A DNA stretch of 64,000 bases from Armatimonadota bacterium (GTDB taxonomy: Bacteria; Armatimonadota; UBA5829; DSUL01), in contig JBDHZC010000004.1 of the NCBI GenBank assembly GCA_039811685.1, forward strand, positions 267,104 to 331,103, written 5' to 3'. Shown here one piece after another: positions 54,195 to 61,401 of the stretch (positions are counted from its first letter, which is position 1; each line of letters begins with the position of its first letter). The notes beneath the pieces are model-generated. The model was not told the DNA's origin. It did no database searches and saw nothing but the letters and a program-made list of their open reading frames with translations. The position numbers and the translations under genes are program-made.

Positions 54195-55565
54195 TTACGG
54201 ACTGCTTTCGGTCAGCTTGCGCGCGACGGCAGCGCTTCTTCTGGCGCATTCTGAAATGGCGATGGGGTGAAAGCCTGGAATCATCCCGTAGAGTGTGTCG
54301 TTGAGTGGCCTTGTCCACTTCTCCGGCAGCTTTTGCGCTCCGTAGCATGCGCCCCAGACAGAGCCCACTGTCGCGCCGTTGCAGTCCGTGTCCCAACCAC
54401 CTGTCACAGCGCACACAATAGTCTTCTCGTAGTCGTCGGCGCCGAAAGCCAGGGCGGCAGCTACAAGCGCTGCGTTGTTGTTGGTGTGTACGCCGTCGTA
54501 GTGTCCCCAGCGCTTCCAGAGCTCGTCGTGCAGCTCATCCATGTCCACCACTCGCAAACCGAGTTCTACCGCTTCAAGGACATCTTTATAGAGCCGGCTA
54601 CTTCTTGGGATAAACTCAACACCGGCGCGTAAGGCTTGCAGCGAGCTTTCCTCAACAAACGCCGCAGCGATAGTTGCCGCCATGAGCATCTCGCCATAAA
54701 TGCCATTCTTGACGTGCGAGAGCGCCGCATCCCTGTAAGCCAGTTCAGCCGCGAGCGCAGGGCGTCCAGCTGCGCCATATCCCCATCCGTCTGCGCGAAT
54801 CTGTGCGCCTATCCATTCGCGAAATGGATTCAGATGCGTTCGAACCCAGGGAATGTCCTTTTCACTGATACCGCAACCGTGAATCTCAACCAGGTTCTGG
54901 TACGCGGCGCGCTCGGCAGTAAAGGTTTGGCCAATTGGCAGCGTGTTCAGCCACTCATAAGCCATATCTACTGTCGAAAAGTCCGCCCCTTTGTCTTCCA
55001 GCACCTTGAGCCCGAGAACGGTGTAGCGGATGTCGTCGTCCGTTTCCATGAAACGAATCCGCCCCCGCGTGCTGTCTGGGCAGCCGACATCAAACTTTTC
55101 CTCAACCACTCCAATGTCCGGAACATAGTCATCGAGCGGCCAGGCCTTTGCGGCTTTCAGGTATATCCGAATCCCCTGCCAGCCTCTGATTTCTGGAGTT
55201 CCGTTCATGTACGGCCCGCGCTCCAGCGGCTTTCCAAGGGCGCATCCAGCGCAGCGACCCAGCCACGCTGCCAGCATTCTGTCATCCAGCCCAGATATGT
55301 CAGCCGCAGGAGTTCCGGTGTATCTGGCTCGAAGTGCCGGAGAGGCCTGGACTATATCTTCCCATTCAGTCGGCTCATCAAAGGCAAAATCCGGCGCAAC
55401 CTGAAGCTCCAGCATCTTTTTGTGGGCGCTAAGGATATCTTCGTTTGAGGACTCAGCCGTCACGGATCGCAGTGTCTGTTGAACCGCGTCCTCGGGGCAA
55501 CCCTCTTCCGTACGTTGCCGCGCTTCGCACTCAAGCAGCCGATACAGCCATTCACTTCGAGTCAA
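54195..55565 (-). CDS. ADP-ribosylglycohydrolase (ARH/DraG) family protein with ~110-aa N-terminal extension
   Basis: The N-terminal family motif region is AAWLGRCAGCALGKPLE and the C-terminal metal-site motif is VTGGWDTDCNGATVGSVWGA. It is 456 aa, whereas family members are typically ~300 aa. Confidence 0.75.
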   Translation of the reverse strand: MTRSEWLYRLLECEARQRTEEGCPEDAVQQTLRSVTAESSNEDILSAHKKMLELQVAPDFAFDEPTEWEDIVQASPALRARYTGTPAADISGLDDRMLAAWLGRCAGCALGKPLERGPYMNGTPEIRGWQGIRIYLKAAKAWPLDDYVPDIGVVEEKFDVGCPDSTRGRIRFMETDDDIRYTVLGLKVLEDKGADFSTVDMAYEWLNTLPIGQTFTAERAAYQNLVEIHGCGISEKDIPWVRTHLNPFREWIGAQIRADGWGYGAAGRPALAAELAYRDAALSHVKNGIYGEMLMAATIAAAFVEESSLQALRAGVEFIPRSSRLYKDVLEAVELGLRVVDMDELHDELWKRWGHYDGVHTNNNAALVAAALAFGADDYEKTIVCAVTGGWDTDCNGATVGSVWGACYGAQKLPEKWTRPLNDTLYGMIPGFHPIAISECARRSAAVARKLTESSP

Positions 55566-55602
55566 GACAGTCTCCTCTGTTCTAGGGATGTTTCACAGGC
55601 AG

Positions 55603-58437
55603 TCATTGTCCGGTTGTAACTAACAGGCGGCAGGTTTCCCTGCCTCTCAGCGTGCCACACAGGGCGCCTTCAGACACAGTCAAGGCCTGTGCTGTCTCAT
55701 CATAGAGTGCACCGTGCACTGTGGCTTGCTCAACAGGAACACCCAGCCGTAGCGACCAGCTCTGGGAAGTCGCGCATGGGTTCCACAGCCTGAAGGCAAT
55801 TCCTTCTGAGTCTTCGGCAATGCGCATGTCAACGATGAAAATGCCGTCCGATTCAAAAGAGACCTCCGCTGCAAATCGGCCGGCGCCACTGTTGTGAACA
55901 AAAACGGCGCGTAGCGGATTGCGGCTCTCAAGTCCGCAGCGCACTGCTTCCGCGGCTTCTCCGGTCGCCGCGGGGTATATGCGATGTCTGAAGATCATCG
56001 GGCCGTGGGCGGAGGCCGGGAAATTGGTGGCCCAGTAGTTGTTGTACAGCCAGGACATCACGAGTCCCTGAGGCTCCGGAAGGTCGCTGCTCCACTGGCC
56101 AGTCTGAATTCCACCTATCTGCGCCATTGGCGCATCCATCGAGCAGAGAATCGGTCCACCGCCTCCCGCCCGCATCCACGAGTGAACCGTGTACCAGTCC
56201 CGCGCGGTCCCGGGCAGCTGTTCTTGCCCGGCCTCAAACCATGTCAGCGCCTTGTCCAGCGTCACTGGGCCCTGGGTGTCGAACGGAAACGCCAGATAGA
56301 GCGCTTCTGCTTCGACTTGTGGCTGCTTCACCAGGTGTGTTGTAACTTCAAGAGCATCCGTCTCGTGATACATGCGTATGCTTTGTTCAATAGAAACCAG
56401 AGACGTGCCTGCGGGAGCGGCTGTGCGCGCCAGCTCGGAAAAGACCGGTCCAGATTCGGCTCGCTTGAATCGCCAGGGCATTCGAATGCGATCGAAAGTG
56501 TGGTGCGCGAAACCGCGGTTGGAGCGTCCAAGTTCCACCTGTGCCCGTCCGCGTTGTGGGCGTTCATATATCAGATCAAGCGGCCGATAAGGGCCTTCAG
56601 CCACAAAAAGCCGCTCTTGCTTGCGCGTATCACGAAGTGATGTAATCTCTCCGCTTATCGGATCGAAACTGACCTCCCAGCGGCCGGATCTCAGGGTCTG
56701 ATCACTTCCTCTCCAGAAACGGGCTTCAGACCCGGGGCGCGTCTTGTCCTGATGGGTGTTCCACAACTGCGCCGCAACGACTGGATATGTCGTTGCTCCA
56801 AAGCCTTCGACCTCTGCGATGAAAGCGATTTCCGCCCAGGTGTCGGTGTGGTCAACGATCTGGTGGGGAATCTGCCGTCCGGTATCAGCGTCCAGAATAT
56901 GGAAGTCCAAAGCGCCAGGCAGATCCTTGATATCAACCTTGACAGTGACCGCCTCACGCCTCCTCCAGCTTTCTGTGTTGCAGACTACAACAGCAGGGGC
57001 ATTACCACTGGGTGCCTGGCCGCTCACAGCCCGAGTCAGAAGTTTCTGGCTCAAGACCGCAGCTTTGTCCGCGTTGGCTGATTTTCGCTTCCACTGAAGC
57101 TGCGTCATCGGCGAATATGGAGCGCTCGAGCTTTCCGCCGCACCCCATGTGTGCTCATCAAACTCCGCTGCTGCGCACAGGGCTGTGTGCAGACTCCGGC
57201 GCTCCTCTTCAGATGGGTGGCGTCCCTTGAGCGCGCCGAAAGCCCAGAGAGTCCCTGTGGCCCTTATGTTCTCCTGAGCTTCGCGGTTCTCAGCCACCTC
57301 GCGCGGAGCAGATGCGTTGCCGTCCGCCCACCAGTCTGTCCAGTCACCGCGCAAAGTGATCGGAGAGATTTCCTCAAACTCGGACTCAATCGAATCGAAG
57401 AACTCACTGAGGGTCGCGACGCGTAAACGTGGCCACAGATATTTCTGATTCCATTGCGCCGCTATGTCGGCCATTACGCGCGATGGAGGCGAATTGTCTG
57501 CGAAGGCGCCAGAAGACTGGAGAAGTACGCTCTTGTAGCTGTATCCGTCATCTATAAGACCGCGCAGGTGCTGCGGCAAACGGTCCTCGACCGTTGCGAG
57601 ATTCTCGTGAAGGCCAAGAGCATTTCCAACGTGGTAGTGATGCCCGTTGTAAGCCAGCACCCGGCTTCCGTCTGGCGCTTCCCAGAAAAAGGGTCTTGGA
57701 CACGGTTCTGGGGCGCCGCCCCTGTACCAGTTGATCGCGGAGCAGAAGCGTCCGATGCCGTACTCTCTCAACAGTTGCGGAAGAGACCACGAAAACCCGT
57801 TGACGTCGCATTGCATCGCTGCTGTGACTTTGGCGCGCGCTTTTTGGGCGGTCTGAGCGGCCCATTCGAACTGCCTTGCCCACTCCATGTGCGAACACAG
57901 CTCTGTCCACTGCCACCACATGCCCGTGACTTCTATGGCGCCGTCCGCCACGCACCGCCGAAAGCGCTCGATTTCCTCTGGCGTCGCGCTCTGAAAAAAG
58001 CGCTCTACCGCCCAGGCTGCCTCGCACGTCCACTTGAAACGCAACCCGTCAGGTTGTCCGTTTGTGGCTTCAATCAGACGGCAGGCCTCCCGGATAAAAT
58101 CGACGTGGTCGTCGTACAGGGTGTCCTGAATGTCTGTGTAGCCTATGTCGGTGTGTGTGTGTTGGACCAGAAAGACTGTCCATTCTCTGGGCGAGTGACT
58201 GTGCGTTTCAGCTGTCTGCAGACTGCCATCAATGTCCAGCTCAAAGCGCAGACTCACACCATCGCAAGCGAACACGCGGGCTGTCTGATGCCCCGCGCCT
58301 CTGGCTCCAAGATCAAAGGTCTCTTCTCCCGGCTGAGCTGTCAACCGGACGCGCGAGGCTGCATTGTCCTGATGCCAGGACACTTCGAAAGCGCGCTGTC
58401 CTCCGCTGTTTACAAGCTCAAGTGCCCTAATCTGCAA
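55603..58437 (-). CDS. Glycoside hydrolase family 38 alpha-mannosidase (cytoplasmic)
   Basis: The GH38 N-terminal catalytic motif is FLVQHTHTDIGYTD, and its size (944 aa) is typical. No signal peptide is present. The putative TTG start at 58437 overlaps the upstream gene by 11 nt, so the start is uncertain. Confidence 0.8.
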   Translation of the reverse strand: MQIRALELVNSGGQRAFEVSWHQDNAASRVRLTAQPGEETFDLGARGAGHQTARVFACDGVSLRFELDIDGSLQTAETHSHSPREWTVFLVQHTHTDIGYTDIQDTLYDDHVDFIREACRLIEATNGQPDGLRFKWTCEAAWAVERFFQSATPEEIERFRRCVADGAIEVTGMWWQWTELCSHMEWARQFEWAAQTAQKARAKVTAAMQCDVNGFSWSLPQLLREYGIGRFCSAINWYRGGAPEPCPRPFFWEAPDGSRVLAYNGHHYHVGNALGLHENLATVEDRLPQHLRGLIDDGYSYKSVLLQSSGAFADNSPPSRVMADIAAQWNQKYLWPRLRVATLSEFFDSIESEFEEISPITLRGDWTDWWADGNASAPREVAENREAQENIRATGTLWAFGALKGRHPSEEERRSLHTALCAAAEFDEHTWGAAESSSAPYSPMTQLQWKRKSANADKAAVLSQKLLTRAVSGQAPSGNAPAVVVCNTESWRRREAVTVKVDIKDLPGALDFHILDADTGRQIPHQIVDHTDTWAEIAFIAEVEGFGATTYPVVAAQLWNTHQDKTRPGSEARFWRGSDQTLRSGRWEVSFDPISGEITSLRDTRKQERLFVAEGPYRPLDLIYERPQRGRAQVELGRSNRGFAHHTFDRIRMPWRFKRAESGPVFSELARTAAPAGTSLVSIEQSIRMYHETDALEVTTHLVKQPQVEAEALYLAFPFDTQGPVTLDKALTWFEAGQEQLPGTARDWYTVHSWMRAGGGGPILCSMDAPMAQIGGIQTGQWSSDLPEPQGLVMSWLYNNYWATNFPASAHGPMIFRHRIYPAATGEAAEAVRCGLESRNPLRAVFVHNSGAGRFAAEVSFESDGIFIVDMRIAEDSEGIAFRLWNPCATSQSWSLRLGVPVEQATVHGALYDETAQALTVSEGALCGTLRGRETCRLLVTTGQ

Positions 58438-60106
58438 CGACGTTCACACCGATTCGCTTCTGAGCGGATCGGGTCATTGGTCTGTTCGCCCATTCGGGGT
58501 GCTTGTCCAGAAACTCTCTGGCCGCCCAGGCCATCTCTTCGAGCGTGACGCATTTGAACTCGTCCTCGCCGAGTATCTCCATCACGCGCGTATAGTCAGT
58601 TGGGGAGAAGCCGTCCTGTGCAGACTTGTTGTCATTGGCGTTGGGGACAGCAAAGACCGTCAAAAAGGCCGGCCGGCACTCGAGTGACGCCACCGCTTCT
58701 TTGATGGAGGCGGCCATGTCTTCCGCGCTTTTGCCGCTGGGATAGTAGTGCAAGGACCCATAGCGGCAGATGGCGGTCTTTCCAGTCTTCAGCTCTTTGA
58801 TTTGAATGGGCCCGGCAGGCAGAACAAACGCCTCGCAACTCGGACACAACTCGGAGTACCTGTCATAAACAGGGCGGCTGAAGTAGATCCATGCGTCCAT
58901 CACCTGCAAGTCCGAGCGGCGCATATACTCTTCGGTTTCCCTGAAGAACTCTTCTGGCTCCTGCATCCAGTTGGGGTAAGTGTAGCCGGCGCCGGAGCAC
59001 CCGCAGAAGAAGTAGTCGTTCTCAGTCATCGTCTCGAAGTAGTACTCCGCCATCGCCGGCGCGATGTCCAGCATTCGCGGCTGGAAACCCCAGTTGACAA
59101 CGACTTTTCCGCGGTTCTCGTCGCGCCATGCGCCACCCTGGAAGACTGTGTGAATCTTCATCGCGTCCCCTTCAGTCGTCAGAAACGCAATATAGAACTT
59201 GTCCTCCAGTTTCAAAGACGCCTTGTCACGATGAGACTTCTGGCGCAAACTGGGTGAGCTTGTCTTGACTTTGGCGTGGAAGCTCAGATTCGGCGCTTCG
59301 GCGCACATTATGTAGTTGGAGTTCAGCGAAGCCATCCGGCAGTAGGCGTCTTCCGGCTCGCCCCAGCCGTAGATACCGCAGTTTGGTCCCAGCGCCTGAT
59401 GAATGCGCCAGATACGCGCGGAGTCTTGCGGATAGGCTTCGACCGTGCTGCAGCGGTAGATGAACGCCTTTCGCGCGACGGCCAGATCCAGCGCGTCAAT
59501 GGACATTCCGCTCCAGAGCCTGTCCACGCTGTAGGCCATTCCCGGTTCACAGCGCCCTAGAAGCTCTTCTATAGCGTAGTCGAGTGGCGCAAACTCATCC
59601 TGCCAGCGCGCCCTCAAGTCGTGCCGGATCTCCAGATCGGGATAGCGCTTGCGCAACTCTTGCGCATGGCTCTCCGACACCGGAAGTAAGTCCTCCAGCG
59701 CGGACAGTATGCACGCGACGTAGATGCTTTGCTCCACATCGTCATCCCACACAACCAGCCCATCGAAGGCATCGCGATAGCGTTCGATGACTGCTTGTTC
59801 AGACGATAACGTCTCAAAGTCGTATCCGTAGCGCTCGCTGTAGATATCTCTCCAGGTCTGGTCGGCTGGCCGCCAGTTCCAGAACTGTGTATCGTACATA
59901 AGGTGCGCTCCGCCGCGGTTCACCAGACCTTGTAGAGCCAGCATTGTGATCTGGCGCTTCCAGCCATTGTCCTCCAGCTTGCCGTGTCCCTTGTCCGGGT
60001 CTGCGTCGCCGTATTGTACTCGCCCGCCTTTGATGGACGGGTCGATCAGAGAAGACAGGTCAAACCAGACGGTTTTGGGGCCGCCAGATTGCAAATCCGA
60101 TTTCAT
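58427..60106 (-). CDS. GxGYxYP domain-containing protein (putative glycoside hydrolase)
   Basis: It contains the eponymous motif CSGAGYTYP. An AGGAGT SD precedes ATG 60106. No signal peptide is present. Confidence 0.75.
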   Translation of the reverse strand: MKSDLQSGGPKTVWFDLSSLIDPSIKGGRVQYGDADPDKGHGKLEDNGWKRQITMLALQGLVNRGGAHLMYDTQFWNWRPADQTWRDIYSERYGYDFETLSSEQAVIERYRDAFDGLVVWDDDVEQSIYVACILSALEDLLPVSESHAQELRKRYPDLEIRHDLRARWQDEFAPLDYAIEELLGRCEPGMAYSVDRLWSGMSIDALDLAVARKAFIYRCSTVEAYPQDSARIWRIHQALGPNCGIYGWGEPEDAYCRMASLNSNYIMCAEAPNLSFHAKVKTSSPSLRQKSHRDKASLKLEDKFYIAFLTTEGDAMKIHTVFQGGAWRDENRGKVVVNWGFQPRMLDIAPAMAEYYFETMTENDYFFCGCSGAGYTYPNWMQEPEEFFRETEEYMRRSDLQVMDAWIYFSRPVYDRYSELCPSCEAFVLPAGPIQIKELKTGKTAICRYGSLHYYPSGKSAEDMAASIKEAVASLECRPAFLTVFAVPNANDNKSAQDGFSPTDYTRVMEILGEDEFKCVTLEEMAWAAREFLDKHPEWANRPMTRSAQKRIGVNVVAD

Positions 60107-60135
60107 TTCTACTCCTGAAAAACTCGATGGGGCGG

Positions 60136-61248
60136 CTAGTCAGCGCTGGTGCGCATCGGCGTCGGCGCCGACGCCCTTCCCTGTGCGCACTCCTGAAAAG
60201 CACGGGCGATCGGGCGCGGGTTCAGCTCCCTGTCACACAGTCCGTACTCTTCCTTGCCTTCGATGGGCAGGTCTGTGATGCACAGGTAGTTGGCCAGAGT
60301 CACGTAGTGATACTCCGGACTGGCAAGCTTGGTCAGGACCTGTCTGCACATGTCCGCCGCATCTTCGCCCTTGGAGTTGGCGTAACCCCACTCCGTAATC
60401 CAGAGCTCTTTGTCGCCGTCGCCGTTGTCCTTCATTACCTTGTAGGTGTCAGACACGGCCTCCCAGTGCAGGGGATCACCGTATGGATGAATCGAAATGG
60501 CGTCGTAGGAGCCTTTGATACCGTACTTGTACATCCCCTCAATGTACTTGTATCCGTCTTTCACCCCGCTGTTATAGTCCAGCGCGCCCACTGCGACTTT
60601 GCAGTCCGGATTGCCATCTTTCAGCGCTTCGTACGCAATCTTAGCCCACTTCGTGTAAAGGTCCTGAATGTGCCCGTTCGAGCAGCCGTCATTAACCCAG
60701 GAACAGCCGTTGGGTTCGTTCCAGAACTGGAACATGTCCACCTTGCCCTTGTAGCGTTTGCTGCACTCATTGCAGTAGCGCCGGAAGTCGTCCGTGTACT
60801 TGTCCTGGGGAGGGAACCGGTAGCTGTTTTTCGGGTCCACCCCGTCCGGCAGCGCCCATGCCGCTGTGTTGCCCACGTATGCGAACTGCTTCAGCCCGCG
60901 CTTCTGGGCTTCCTTGACAGCGTGATCCGGGTAGTCCCAGTTCCACTGTCCCTTCACCTTCTCCCTGTCCACCCAGTCCAGCGACAAGCTGGTGACAGTC
61001 ACCCCCAGCTTCTTCATCATGTCCATCTGGCGGTTGTCGTAATCGTAGCCTCGGTTTAGCCACATCCCCCAGATCATTCCCGCACCGTAAAGCAGCGGGC
61101 GCTTCCTGTCGTTAGCATTGTCTCTTATCTTGAGCTGGATCTTTTCCGCCTCAATGGCGGCGCTCAGCCGTGAGGCCGATCCGAGAGCCGCAGCGCCTCC
61201 AACCGCAGCCGCTCCGGCCAGAAGCTGTCGTCTCGTTAGCTTAGTCAT
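60136..61248 (-). CDS. Tat-exported clan GH-A glycoside hydrolase (GH5/GH39-like)
   Basis: It has a twin-arginine signal (MTKLTRRQLLAGAAAVGGAAALGSA). FQFWNEPNG is the acid/base motif and ELWITEWGY the nucleophile motif. A GAGGTAA SD is present. Confidence 0.8.
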   Translation of the reverse strand: MTKLTRRQLLAGAAAVGGAAALGSASRLSAAIEAEKIQLKIRDNANDRKRPLLYGAGMIWGMWLNRGYDYDNRQMDMMKKLGVTVTSLSLDWVDREKVKGQWNWDYPDHAVKEAQKRGLKQFAYVGNTAAWALPDGVDPKNSYRFPPQDKYTDDFRRYCNECSKRYKGKVDMFQFWNEPNGCSWVNDGCSNGHIQDLYTKWAKIAYEALKDGNPDCKVAVGALDYNSGVKDGYKYIEGMYKYGIKGSYDAISIHPYGDPLHWEAVSDTYKVMKDNGDGDKELWITEWGYANSKGEDAADMCRQVLTKLASPEYHYVTLANYLCITDLPIEGKEEYGLCDRELNPRPIARAFQECAQGRASAPTPMRTSAD

Positions 61249-61401
61249 GGATTACCTCAATCAAATGTGTCACTTCGAAAGGATTTTCATCGGTCTCATC
61301 CGCAGGCTCAGTTCGCGGATGTCCCCCCGTCTCCTCTCACCACCTGGAATACGTTAGCCAGCCGGGCTTCATCAGCCGTTTCCCCCGGCGCGTTTGATCA
61401 G

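Noticed and set aside
57454-58548. 364-aa plus-strand ORF overlapping the GH38 and GxGYxYP genes.
   Set aside because: It is antisense to two recognisable enzymes, spans their junction, and has no motifs.
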